DNA from: Bdellovibrionales bacterium
Lineage (GTDB): Bacteria; Pseudomonadota; Alphaproteobacteria; Micavibrionales; UBA2020
Assembly: GCA_038247245.1 (NCBI GenBank)
Contig: JBBRVE010000003.1
Location: 20,276 to 84,275 of the forward strand
Direction: 5' to 3'
DNA: 64,000 bases
Shown: one piece after another, positions 1-8,773 of the stretch
Layout: the number at the start of each line of letters is the position of its first letter
Numbering within the stretch: the stretch's first letter is position 1
Program-made: the position numbers and the translations under genes
The notes under the pieces: generated by a model
Told to the model about the DNA's origin: nothing
The model's database searches: none
The model's input: the letters and a program-made list of their open reading frames with translations, nothing else

Positions 1-1014
1 AACCTCTGCCGCTGCACCGGTTATCGCCCCATCGTCGATGCCGCGCGCATGGCGAATGAATCTGCCGAACGCGCGCTGCCCTCGCATCCGAAAGAACTGG
101 CATCCATCCAGCGTAACCGGTTGATGACCTATGATGTGGCGGGCGGCAAATATTTTTCTCCCGCCAGCGTCGAAGATCTCGCGATGGTGCTGTCCGTTTA
201 CCCGGATGCCACCATTCTTGCGGGCGGCACGGATGTGGGGTTGTGGGTTACGAAATTCCACATGGGCCTGCCGGTCATCATCTATACCGGCAATGTGGTG
301 GAGCTGCGCCAGATACGTGAATCGCGCGTGCTGCTCGAAATCGGCGCGGCGGTCACCTATACCGAAGCCTTTGATGCGCTGGCGGCGTTTGATCCCAGCA
401 TGGAAGATTTGCTGAAACGCTTTTCATCGCTGCATATCCGCAATGCGGGTACGGTCGGTGGCAATATCGCCAACGGCTCCCCCATCGGCGACGGCCCGCC
501 GCCGCTGATCGCGCTGGGCGCGAAGGTTGTGCTGAGATCAAAATCCGGCACGCGCATGGTGGAGATGGAGGATTTCTTTATCGCCTATAAAAAACAGGAC
601 CGCAAGGCGGGCGAATTCGTCGAAAAACTCGTCATCCCGAAACGCCCGGATAACGTGCTGTTCCGCGTCTATAAACTGTCGAAGCGTTTCGATCAGGATA
701 TCTCCGCCGTTTGCGGCGCGTTCGCGCTGACGATCGAGGATGATGAAATCGTCGCCGCCCGCATCGCCTTCGGCGGCATGGCCGGCACGCCGCACCGCGC
801 GCACAAGGCCGAACGCGCGCTGGTTGGCCGCGTCTGGAACGAGGAAGCGGTCGAAAAAGCCATGGCCGCGCTGGACGATGACTACCAGCCGATGAGCGAC
901 GCAAGGGCTTCTGCCGAATACCGCAGCACCACCGCACGCAATCTGCTGAAGCGGTTCTACATCGAAACCACCGATCCCACGACGAAAACGCGGCTGTACC
1001 GTTATGCCGAATGA
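1..1014 (+). CDS. xdhA: Xanthine dehydrogenase small (Fe-S/FAD) subunit, 5' end cut by window edge
   Basis: Frame 1 is open from nt 1 (NLCRCTGYRPIVDAA, the tail of a 2Fe-2S domain) into ORF 49..1014. FAD-binding motifs ILAGGTDVGLWVTK and GTVGGNIANGSPIGD are present. It overlaps the next gene by 11 nt. Confidence 0.9.
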   Translation, partial: NLCRCTGYRPIVDAARMANESAERALPSHPKELASIQRNRLMTYDVAGGKYFSPASVEDLAMVLSVYPDATILAGGTDVGLWVTKFHMGLPVIIYTGNVVELRQIRESRVLLEIGAAVTYTEAFDALAAFDPSMEDLLKRFSSLHIRNAGTVGGNIANGSPIGDGPPPLIALGAKVVLRSKSGTRMVEMEDFFIAYKKQDRKAGEFVEKLVIPKRPDNVLFRVYKLSKRFDQDISAVCGAFALTIEDDEIVAARIAFGGMAGTPHRAHKAERALVGRVWNEEAVEKAMAALDDDYQPMSDARASAEYRSTTARNLLKRFYIETTDPTTKTRLYRYAE

Positions 1015-3319
1015 CGCGAAGAAAATCGACGGCGGCATGGGCGCGCCCAAGGCGCATGACTCGGCGCATCTGCATGTGTCGGGCGAAGCGACCTATACCG
1101 ATGATGTGCTGGAATCGCATGGATGCCTGCATGCCTATGTACTGAAAAGCCCGCATGCCCATGCCAAAATAACCAAGATTGATATTTCAGATTGTTATGT
1201 CCCGGGCGTCCATGCCGTGATGATGGCCAAGGATATTCCCGGCGTGAACGATGCCGCCCCTGTTTTTCCCGGCGACCCGATTTTTGCCGATGGCGTTGTT
1301 TTGTATTACGGCCAGTGCATTCTGGGCGTGGCGGCGGAAAGCATCGAGATTGCGCGGGCGGCGGTGAAGCGCGCCGTTGTGACCTATGAAACGCTGCCCG
1401 CCATCCTGAATGTGCATGACGCGATCAAGGCGCAGAAATTCGTCGGCGACCCCTATGAAATGGGGCAGGGCGATGCGGCGGGTGCGATTGCCAAAGCCAA
1501 AAACAAGATCAAAGGCTCGCTCGATATCGGCGGGCAGGACCATTTCTATCTCGAGGGCCAGATTGCGATGGCGACGCCGCTCGAAAACGGCGAATTCCAT
1601 TGCTGGTCATCGACGCAGCACCCGTCCGAAGTGCAGCACCTGATCGCGAAAATGCTGAACCTGCATGATCACGCCGTGACGGTGGAGGTGCGCCGCATGG
1701 GTGGCGGCTTCGGGGGCAAGGAAAGTCAGGCATCATTGATCGCCTGTGTGGCATCTGCATTGGCGTGGAAAACGAACCGTCCCGTCAAATTCCGTTTGGA
1801 TCGCGACGACGACATGATCATGACGGGCAAGCGGCATGACCTGAACGTGGCATACGAAGTCGGCTTCAACGATGAGGGCTTGATCGAGGGCATCGAATAC
1901 ATCCACGCCGTCAATTGCGGCATGAGCCCCGATTTGTCCAACGCCATCGCCGACCGTGCGATGTTCCATGCGGATAACGTCTATTACCTTGGCAATGCCA
2001 AAGTCACCAGTTACCGCTGCTTCACGAACAAGGTGTCCAACACCGCCTTCCGCGGTTTCGGCGGGCCGCAGGGCATGCTGGCGATGGAATATGTGATCGA
2101 CGATATCGCGCGGCATCTCGGCAAAGACCCGCAGGATGTGCGCAAGATCAACCTGTACGACGCCAAGGGCGAACTTGGCGACCGCTGCACCACTCATTAC
2201 GGCATGACGGTCGAGGATAACATCATCCGCGATATTTTCTCGCAGCTGGAACACACCGGCGAATACGCCGCCCGCCGCGAAGCGATCAAGACATTTAACG
2301 CGCAAAATAAAATCCTTAAAAAAGGCATCGCGCTGACACCCGTCAAATTCGGCATCAGTTTTACGTTGACCATGCTCAATCAGGCAGGCGCGCTGGTGCA
2401 TGTGTACAAGGACGGCACGGTGCAGCTGAACCACGGCGGCACGGAGATGGGGCAGGGGCTGCACACAAAGGTTTGTCAGGTCGTGGCCGATATGTTCCAG
2501 ATCGATTTCGACAAGGTGCGTATCACCGCAACCAACACCAGCAAAGTGCCGAACACCTCCGCCACCGCCGCATCCAGCGGTGCCGACCTGAACGGCAAGG
2601 CGGCGGAAGCGGCTGCGCGCACCATCCGCGACCGGCTCGCCGATTTCGCGGCGTCGCATTTCGATACCGAGATATCCGCTGTTAAATTCGCGGCCGGTTA
2701 CGTGCATGCGGGCAGCCATACGGTGTCGTTCAAGGAACTGGTGCAACTTGCTTATGCCGCGCGGGTGCAGCTATCATCGACCGGATTCTACAAGACACCA
2801 AAAATTGCGTGGGATCGCCCTAAAGGCAAAGGCCGACCGTTTTACTACTTCGCCTATGGCGCGGCGATCACCGAAGTCATCATTGATACGCTGACGGGCG
2901 AATACAACATCCTTCGCGCCGATATCCTGCATGACGCGGGGCAATCGCTGAACCCCGCCATTGATATCGGGCAGGTCGAAGGCGGCTATGTGCAGGGCGT
3001 GGGCTGGCTGACATCGGAGGAATTGTGGTGGAACGACAAGGGCGAGTTGAAAACGCACGCCCCCAGCACCTATAAAATCCCGACCGGCCGCGATGTGCCA
3101 AAAGATTTCCGCACCGTATTGTTCGAAGGCATCAACCCCGAAGAAACCATTTACCGGTCGAAAGCTGTCGGCGAACCGCCGCTGATGCTCGGCATTTCCG
3201 CCTTCCTTGCGCTGCGCGATGCGGTTGCCGCGACGGGCGCTGCCAATTGCATTCCACCGCTGCAGGCACCCGCAACACCGGAAAACGTGCTCAAAGCAAT
3301 ACAAGCGGTGCAGAAATGA
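1004..3319 (+). CDS. xdhB: Xanthine dehydrogenase large molybdopterin-binding subunit
   Basis: 771 aa with GGGFGGKE, FRGFGGPQG, GTEMGQGLHTK and SKAVGEPP motifs typical of the aldehyde oxidase/xanthine dehydrogenase Moco subunit. Confidence 0.95.
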   Translation: MPNDAKKIDGGMGAPKAHDSAHLHVSGEATYTDDVLESHGCLHAYVLKSPHAHAKITKIDISDCYVPGVHAVMMAKDIPGVNDAAPVFPGDPIFADGVVLYYGQCILGVAAESIEIARAAVKRAVVTYETLPAILNVHDAIKAQKFVGDPYEMGQGDAAGAIAKAKNKIKGSLDIGGQDHFYLEGQIAMATPLENGEFHCWSSTQHPSEVQHLIAKMLNLHDHAVTVEVRRMGGGFGGKESQASLIACVASALAWKTNRPVKFRLDRDDDMIMTGKRHDLNVAYEVGFNDEGLIEGIEYIHAVNCGMSPDLSNAIADRAMFHADNVYYLGNAKVTSYRCFTNKVSNTAFRGFGGPQGMLAMEYVIDDIARHLGKDPQDVRKINLYDAKGELGDRCTTHYGMTVEDNIIRDIFSQLEHTGEYAARREAIKTFNAQNKILKKGIALTPVKFGISFTLTMLNQAGALVHVYKDGTVQLNHGGTEMGQGLHTKVCQVVADMFQIDFDKVRITATNTSKVPNTSATAASSGADLNGKAAEAAARTIRDRLADFAASHFDTEISAVKFAAGYVHAGSHTVSFKELVQLAYAARVQLSSTGFYKTPKIAWDRPKGKGRPFYYFAYGAAITEVIIDTLTGEYNILRADILHDAGQSLNPAIDIGQVEGGYVQGVGWLTSEELWWNDKGELKTHAPSTYKIPTGRDVPKDFRTVLFEGINPEETIYRSKAVGEPPLMLGISAFLALRDAVAATGAANCIPPLQAPATPENVLKAIQAVQK

Positions 3320-4116
3320 CCAGCCCGCATGACTGGCTCCCCGTCCTGACCGACCTGACCGACAAGGGCACGCCTTGCGTGCTGATTACGGTGATGGAAG
3401 CCAAGGGATCGACGCCCCGCGAAGCTGGCGTCAAAATGATCGCGACCGCCACCGAACAATTCGGCACCATCGGCGGCGGCAATCTGGAGTTCGAAGCCAT
3501 CGTCGCAGCGCGCAAGCTACTGGCAAGCGCAGGCAAGCCGACGGTGAAGGATTACCCCCTCGGCCCGAAACTCGCGCAATGCTGCGGCGGTGCGGTCAGC
3601 GTTTTCCTTGAACCTTTCCTGCCCGTCGGCAAAACGCTCTACCTGTTCGGCGCGGGGCATGTGGGCAAAGAAGTGGTGAAGGTGCTGGACGGTTTGCCGC
3701 TGAAGGTGAAATGGGTGGATGAGCGGGCGAATGAATTCCCGGCGACACTGCCGAAAAACTGCGAAAAAATTGTCACCACCGCCCCTGTCGCGGAATTGCG
3801 CGCTGCCGATGAAAACAGCTATATCGCCGTCATGACGCATAGCCATGACCTCGATTTCGATCTCGTGCGTGCGGCATATAAAGGCAGCTTCGCCTATCTC
3901 GGCCTTATCGGGTCGGATACCAAGCGTGTGCGGTTTGAAAAACGCCTCGTCGCCGACGGCGTGCAAAAGGAATTGCTGGCGCAACTGCATTGCCCCATTG
4001 GTCTTGGCGATACCGGCAAGCATCCGCGTGAAATCGCCATTTCGGTTGCGGCGGAACTGCTGACGCTCGGCATCTGCCGGGGCGCGGAGCAGGTGCAGCA
4101 GGAAGACGCTGCGTGA
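3316..4116 (+). CDS. xdhC: XdhC/CoxI-family Moco insertion chaperone
   Basis: The internal ATG at 3316 forms an ATGA overlap with the xdhB stop. It has an N-terminal XdhC-type region (VLITVMEAKGSTPREAGVKMI) and a Rossmann-like LYLFGAGHVGKEV. The ORF-track start at 3247 lies inside xdhB and is unlikely. Confidence 0.85.
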   Translation: MTSPHDWLPVLTDLTDKGTPCVLITVMEAKGSTPREAGVKMIATATEQFGTIGGGNLEFEAIVAARKLLASAGKPTVKDYPLGPKLAQCCGGAVSVFLEPFLPVGKTLYLFGAGHVGKEVVKVLDGLPLKVKWVDERANEFPATLPKNCEKIVTTAPVAELRAADENSYIAVMTHSHDLDFDLVRAAYKGSFAYLGLIGSDTKRVRFEKRLVADGVQKELLAQLHCPIGLGDTGKHPREIAISVAAELLTLGICRGAEQVQQEDAA

Positions 4117-5261
4117 AAAAGCCCGTTTACCTCGATTACCATTCCACCACGCCCTGCGACCCTGCGGTGATTGACGCGATGATGCCTTTTTTCGGCGGCA
4201 GCTTCGGCAACCCCGGAGCGAAATCGCACGCGCATGGCCGCAACGCCGCACGCCAACTGGAACAATCCGCCGAAAAAATTGCCAGCCTGATTGGCGCAGG
4301 GCCCGAATGCATTACGCTCACCAGCGGTGCCACGGAATCCAACAACCTCGCCCTGCTGGGCCTCGCCGAAAAGGCAACCGACCGCACAGAAATCGTCATC
4401 ACGGCAATCGAGCATAATTGCGTATCGAATACCGCCGCTTACCTCGCGACCAAGGGTTTCACCGTTAAAACCCTGCCCGTAACGCCAGCTGGTTTCGTCG
4501 ATCCCGCGGAATTGAAAAAACTCGTCACGTGCAAAACCCTCGTCGTATCCGTCATCACCGCCAGCCACGAAATCGGCACGATACAGCCTTTAAAAGAATG
4601 CGCGCAAATCGCGCATGACGCGGGCGCGCTGTTCCATACGGATGCGACGCAGGCGCTCGGCAAGATCGCGCTTGATGTGAACGGCATTGGCATCGACCTT
4701 TTGAGCTATTCCGCGCATAAATTATACGGCCCCGTTGGCATCGGCGCGTTATACGTGCGACAGAAACCGCCCGTGCCGATCGCCCGTGTTTTCTTCGGCG
4801 GCGCGCAACAATCGCTTCGCCCGGGCTCCGTGCCGCTCGCACTCGCCGACGGTTTCGCCACGGCCTGCGAACTGGCGGGGCAGGGGCTGACGACCCATAT
4901 CCTGCGCATCGAAAAAATGACCGCGCTGCTGCTGGCCGAATTACAGGCGCGCATTCCGGCGCTGAAGCTCAACGGCGGCGCACCCCGCCTGCCGGGCTTG
5001 CTGAATATCCGCCTGCCGGATGTGTCGGCGCAGGACATCATGCTGGAACTGGCTGACGATATTTGCATGTCGACCGGCGCCGCCTGTTCCTCCGCCAACC
5101 GGAAGCCCTCGCCGGTGCTGAAGGCTATCGGTTTGTCAGATCATGATGTCGATTGCAGCCTGCGCCTGACGGCGGGGCGGGGTTCGACGGCGGAAGAAAT
5201 GACCTACGCCGCCACCAAGCTGGCCGAGGGCGTGGCGCGCCTTTCCCGCCGCGCGGCGTAG
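4113..5261 (+). CDS. Class V aminotransferase, NifS/IscS-like cysteine desulfurase
   Basis: The GTG start overlaps the xdhC stop by 4 nt. Motifs are YLDYHSTTP, the PLP-lysine motif SAHKLYGPVGIGALYV, and the active-site Cys loop STGAACSS. Confidence 0.9.
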   Translation: MKKPVYLDYHSTTPCDPAVIDAMMPFFGGSFGNPGAKSHAHGRNAARQLEQSAEKIASLIGAGPECITLTSGATESNNLALLGLAEKATDRTEIVITAIEHNCVSNTAAYLATKGFTVKTLPVTPAGFVDPAELKKLVTCKTLVVSVITASHEIGTIQPLKECAQIAHDAGALFHTDATQALGKIALDVNGIGIDLLSYSAHKLYGPVGIGALYVRQKPPVPIARVFFGGAQQSLRPGSVPLALADGFATACELAGQGLTTHILRIEKMTALLLAELQARIPALKLNGGAPRLPGLLNIRLPDVSAQDIMLELADDICMSTGAACSSANRKPSPVLKAIGLSDHDVDCSLRLTAGRGSTAEEMTYAATKLAEGVARLSRRAA

Positions 5262-5389
5262 ATCGCCTTTTCTTCTGTGCCGAGTGGTATTTACGAAAAA
5301 TAAACCCCTTTTGCCCCAATATAGACTCATATGCCATTTCACAGCTATGCTGGCAGCGCGTTTTCATTCTTTATTGAAAGGTAACCGCT

Positions 5390-6379
5390 ATGGGGCTGAT
5401 GAGTTTTATTTCCAAGCAATTTATCGACGTCATCCAGTGGACCGATCCCGGCACCAATGTGCTGGCATACCGCTTTCCCATGCAGGATCAGGAGATCCAG
5501 AACGGCGCGCAGCTGGTGGTGCGCGAGGCGCAGCAGGCCGTGTTCTTTAACGAGGGCAAATTCGGCGACAAATTCGGTCCCGGCACCTATACGCTGACGA
5601 CCCAGACGCTGCCGATCCTGACCTACCTGAAAAACTGGGACAAGGCGTTTGAATCGCCGTTCAAGTCGGATGTGTACTTCCTGTCGATGCGCGAATTCAC
5701 CGACATGAAATGGGGCACGCCACAGCCCATCACCATCCGCGACAAGGAATTCGGTGCGCTGCGTATCCGCGCCTTCGGCAATTATTCGTTCAAGATCGGC
5801 GATGTGGAGACGTTCTGGACGAAACTGTCCGGCGCCGCCGAAGTCTATACGGTCGACCAGATCGAAGGCCAGCTGCGCACGGCGATCATCGCCTCCATCT
5901 CCAGCTATCTTGCCAAATCCGGCATCGCGTTTATCGACATGGCGGCAAGCCAGCTCGATTTCTCGACCAAGCTGGAAGAAGCTGTCGCGCCCGTGCTGAA
6001 GAACTACGGGCTGGAGCTGAAATCCTTCTGGGTGCAGAGCATATCGCTGCCCGAAGAAATGGAAAAGCAGCTGGACAAGCTGTCCTCCATGGGCATGTTT
6101 GCCGACCTTAAAAAATACGCGACGTTCCAGTCGGCCGACAGCATTTCGGTTGCGGCCGCCAACCCCGGCGGCGTTGCAGGGGCGGGTGCCGGTATCGGGG
6201 CCGGCATGGCGATGGGCAATATGATGATGCAATCGCTGGGCCAGGGCGGCGGTGCGGCTGCGCCTGCCGAAGATCCGCTCGCGATGCTCGAAAAGCTGGG
6301 CGAGCTGCAGAAAAAAGGCGTGCTGACGCAGGCCGAATTTGATGCCAAAAAGGCGGAATTGCTGGCCAAAATTAAATAA
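5390..6379 (+). CDS. SPFH/Band-7 protein of the YdjI (COG4260, 'virion core protein-like') type with a C-terminal SHOCT-like helix
   Basis: The N-terminus MGLMSFISKQFIDVIQWTDPGTNVLAYRFP...IQNGAQLVVREAQQAVFFNEGK is characteristic of this SPFH subfamily. A Gly/Ala/Met-rich linker follows, then LEKLGELQKKGVLTQAEFDAKKAELLAKI. Confidence 0.85.
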   Translation: MGLMSFISKQFIDVIQWTDPGTNVLAYRFPMQDQEIQNGAQLVVREAQQAVFFNEGKFGDKFGPGTYTLTTQTLPILTYLKNWDKAFESPFKSDVYFLSMREFTDMKWGTPQPITIRDKEFGALRIRAFGNYSFKIGDVETFWTKLSGAAEVYTVDQIEGQLRTAIIASISSYLAKSGIAFIDMAASQLDFSTKLEEAVAPVLKNYGLELKSFWVQSISLPEEMEKQLDKLSSMGMFADLKKYATFQSADSISVAAANPGGVAGAGAGIGAGMAMGNMMMQSLGQGGGAAAPAEDPLAMLEKLGELQKKGVLTQAEFDAKKAELLAKIK

Positions 6380-6393
6380 GTAGTACCGCCCCC

Positions 6394-7083
6394 GTGAAAA
6401 AATACCCCTGCCCATCCTGCGGCGCGGAAATCCCTTTCCGCACCAGCATCGCCTCCCACGGCGTGTGCCCCTATTGCCGCACCATGGTCGTGCGCGACGA
6501 CGATGCCTTGCGCAAGACCGGCGAGATGGCGCAGATACCCGACGACATGAGCCCGTTGCAGCTGGGCACCGAAGGCACATTCCAGGGCGTGCGCTTCGGC
6601 ATCGCCGGGCGCATGAAAATCGGCTACGAAGACGGCAGCTGGAACGAATGGTTTATCGTGTCCGACGATGCGCGGCGCGGCTGGCTGGCGGAGGCGCAGG
6701 GCTTTTACGCGCCCTGTTTCGAGGTCGAGAACCCTTCCGAAAAAACCCTTCATGCGGTTCAGAAGATGAACGACTGGGCGGGCGGCGATTTGGCTGGCGA
6801 AGCATGGATCAAGAACCCCAGCGGCCAGCGCATCATCATCGAAGGCACGACCTATAAGATTGTCGACATCAAGCGCGCCGAATGTATCGCTTCCGAAGGC
6901 GAGCTGCCGTTTTCCGCGCCGCAGGGGCGCAAGACCACGACCATAGATTGCATCGCGGGCGACGGTAAATTCGCCTCGATTGATCTGGCCGATGGCCGCG
7001 CGCGCGTCTTTACCGGCGCATATGTCACCTGGCCGGAACTGAACTGCCGTTATTACCGCGCGTTCGAGGGCTGGCAGCCATGA
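6394..7083 (+). CDS. Zinc-ribbon + DUF4178-like protein (paralog 1, soluble)
   Basis: GTG start 14 nt after the SPFH gene. It has a CPSCGAEI...CPYCRTMV ribbon and the core GTFQGVRFGIAGRMKIGYEDGSWNEWFIVSDDARRGWLAEAQG. The stop overlaps the next gene (ATGA). Confidence 0.75.
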   Translation: MKKYPCPSCGAEIPFRTSIASHGVCPYCRTMVVRDDDALRKTGEMAQIPDDMSPLQLGTEGTFQGVRFGIAGRMKIGYEDGSWNEWFIVSDDARRGWLAEAQGFYAPCFEVENPSEKTLHAVQKMNDWAGGDLAGEAWIKNPSGQRIIIEGTTYKIVDIKRAECIASEGELPFSAPQGRKTTTIDCIAGDGKFASIDLADGRARVFTGAYVTWPELNCRYYRAFEGWQP

Positions 7084-8393
7084 TTTCACCCGATTTCGGC
7101 CCCAACCTGTTCGGCGAAGAGCCGCCCGCCATCAAAAAAACGGCGATGCGCAAATTCAACTGCCCGTCCTGCGGCGGTGAAATCCAGATCCGCGCGCTCG
7201 GCCATACGCTGACCGCCGTCTGCGCGCATTGCGGCACGGTCGTCGATGTGGCCGATGAACGGTTGCAGGTCATCACCGACGTCAACACCAAACTGCGCCC
7301 CACGCTGCTGGATATCGGCCAGCGCGGAAAATTCGACGGCATTGATTGGGAAGTCATCGGCTATGTGCTGAAAAGCGACCGCACGAAGCAGTATTTCTGG
7401 GACGAATACCTGTTGTTCAACCCCTATCACGGCTTCCGTTTTCTGGTGCAGCAGGACGGCCACTGGAATTTCGTGCGTATCGTGAAGCAGGAGTTTGAAC
7501 GGCTCGGCTTTGTCAGCACCGTCTGGCTGGAGCAGCATTCCTTCGATCCCTTCCTGCGCGACCAGCCGATCGTGCAGTATGTGAAGGGCGAATTTTACTG
7601 GCGCGTGCGCAAGGGCGATACCGCCACGACCGAAGATTACGTCAGCCCGCCCTATATGCTGTCGTTCGAAAAAGTGCCCGGCGAGGAAACCGCTTCGCTC
7701 TGCGAATACACGCTGCCCGAAACCGTGCGCGACGCCTTCGGATTGAATGTATCCATGCCCGCGCGCAAGGGCGTTGCGCCGAACCAGCCATCGCCGTTTA
7801 ACCTGAAAGCTACTTTGAAAGTCGCTGCGGCAGCGGCCGCGCTTGCCCTCTTGATCCACGTTACCGATACAGCGTCATCGGCGTCACAGGTGGTGGTGGC
7901 GGTGAATGCGACGCATATGCCGGGCGACCAGACGCGCATCTTTACCTCCGAACCCTTTGCAATACCGCGCGCGTCAAACGTGCTGGTGCAGACAGGGGCA
8001 CAGGTGTCGAATTCATGGGCGGAAATCAACCTGTCCTTCGTCAACGAAGAAACCAAGGAAATTTTCGAGCTGACCGAGGGCATGGAATTCTATTATGGTT
8101 CCGATTCCGACGGCCCCTGGCGGGAAGGCAGCCCGAATGCTGATGGCTACCTGTCATCTGTGCCCGCCGGCACCTACCGCATGACCTATGACGTTGAATC
8201 CGACACGCTGCAAAAAGGCCAGCCGCAGCCTATCAGCATTCAGGCGAAGCGCGACGTGACGCCGATAGGCAATCTTGCCTGGACGCTGTTCATGCTGCTG
8301 CTCTATCCGGGCATCGCGTGGCTGCGGTCGTCGTCGTTTGAAAGCCGTCGCTGGGAAAACAGCGATTTCCCACGCAGCGGGGGCGAGGAGTAA
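7080..8393 (+). CDS. Zinc-ribbon + DUF4178-like membrane protein (paralog 2)
   Basis: It has a FNCPSCGGEI...CAHCGTVV ribbon and the core GKFDGIDWEVIGYVLKSDRTKQYFWDEYLLFNPYHGFRFLVQQDGHWNF. Two hydrophobic helices (LKVAAAAAALALLIHV and IGNLAWTLFMLLLYPGIAWL) flank a roughly 140-aa segment. Confidence 0.75.
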   Translation: MISPDFGPNLFGEEPPAIKKTAMRKFNCPSCGGEIQIRALGHTLTAVCAHCGTVVDVADERLQVITDVNTKLRPTLLDIGQRGKFDGIDWEVIGYVLKSDRTKQYFWDEYLLFNPYHGFRFLVQQDGHWNFVRIVKQEFERLGFVSTVWLEQHSFDPFLRDQPIVQYVKGEFYWRVRKGDTATTEDYVSPPYMLSFEKVPGEETASLCEYTLPETVRDAFGLNVSMPARKGVAPNQPSPFNLKATLKVAAAAAALALLIHVTDTASSASQVVVAVNATHMPGDQTRIFTSEPFAIPRASNVLVQTGAQVSNSWAEINLSFVNEETKEIFELTEGMEFYYGSDSDGPWREGSPNADGYLSSVPAGTYRMTYDVESDTLQKGQPQPISIQAKRDVTPIGNLAWTLFMLLLYPGIAWLRSSSFESRRWENSDFPRSGGEE

Positions 8394-8395
8394 TC

Positions 8396-8536
8396 ATGCC
8401 TAAAATCTACACAATATTCTGTATCGCGGTGCTGGGGATGTATGGTTACGCCAATGCCCGCGGTATCGTTTACAGCGCATATCTATCCGCCAGCGGCACC
8501 GCGCAAAAGGCCGCATCCGCCCGTTATCACAAATAG
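8396..8536 (+). CDS. Unannotated 46-codon ORF, predicted single-TM micro-protein
   Basis: ATG lies 2 nt after the upstream stop and is preceded by GAGGAG. It translates to MPKIYTIFCIAVLGMYGYANARGIVYSAYLSASGTAQKAASARYHK. It fills the only apparent gap in the operon and is below the 60-aa cutoff of the ORF track. Confidence 0.45.
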   Translation: MPKIYTIFCIAVLGMYGYANARGIVYSAYLSASGTAQKAASARYHK

Positions 8537-8546
8537 GAGAAGTACA

Positions 8547-8768
8547 ATGGAAGAATTCGTCAACATGAAATACGTCTATGCTGCGCTCATCTATTCGGGG
8601 CTCGGCATCATCATCCTCGGTTTTTCCTTTCTGGTGTTTGATATCGTCACGCCGAAATTCAGCATCTGGAAAGAACTGGTCGAAAAACAGAACGTCGCGA
8701 TGGCGGTTTTCCTCGCCTCGCTGATGATCTCGATGGCGATCATCATTTCTTCCGCCGTTCACGGCTGA
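8547..8768 (+). CDS. DUF350 (YjfL-like) small membrane protein
   Basis: The internal ATG at 8547 is preceded by AGGAGA. The sequence FLVFDIVTPKFSIWKELVEKQNVAMAVFLASLMISMAIIISSAV matches the DUF350 pattern. The longer track ORF (8442) would overlap the micro-ORF. Confidence 0.8.
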   Translation: MEEFVNMKYVYAALIYSGLGIIILGFSFLVFDIVTPKFSIWKELVEKQNVAMAVFLASLMISMAIIISSAVHG

Positions 8769-8773
8769 TCGCG

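Noticed and set aside
3247-3315. N-terminal extensions offered by the ORF track: xdhC from 3247, DUF350 from 8442, HAD from 22369, M16 from 23178, the adenylation enzyme from 36609, pepN from 48644 and pmbA from 58175.
   Set aside because: The extensions overlap the upstream gene or an intergenic promoter region, often start at TTG/GTG, and encode Arg/Pro-rich junk. Internal ATGs with Shine-Dalgarno-like sequences or ATGA coupling give N-termini typical of the families.
5351-5366. A sigma-54-like element, TGGCAG-N5-TTTCA, upstream of the SPFH gene. It is attractive because psp operons are sigma-54 dependent in enterobacteria.
   Set aside because: The -12 element reads TC instead of the near-invariant GC. 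The implied transcription start would leave almost no leader for the ribosome-binding site. No enhancer-binding-protein gene is nearby. I keep it only as something a promoter-mapping experiment could revisit.
5345-6580. A 411-aa ORF on the minus strand, antisense to the SPFH gene. Similar long antisense ORFs occur at 10410..11570, 13672..14796, 15913..17964, 38494..39561, 39646..40893, 49004..51631, 54833..55903 and 58046..59080.
   Set aside because: Each lies opposite a gene with clear family motifs. Their translations are Arg/Ala/Gly/His-rich low-information sequence, typical of stop-codon-poor antisense frames in GC-rich DNA. No recognisable domains or ribosome-binding contexts are present.
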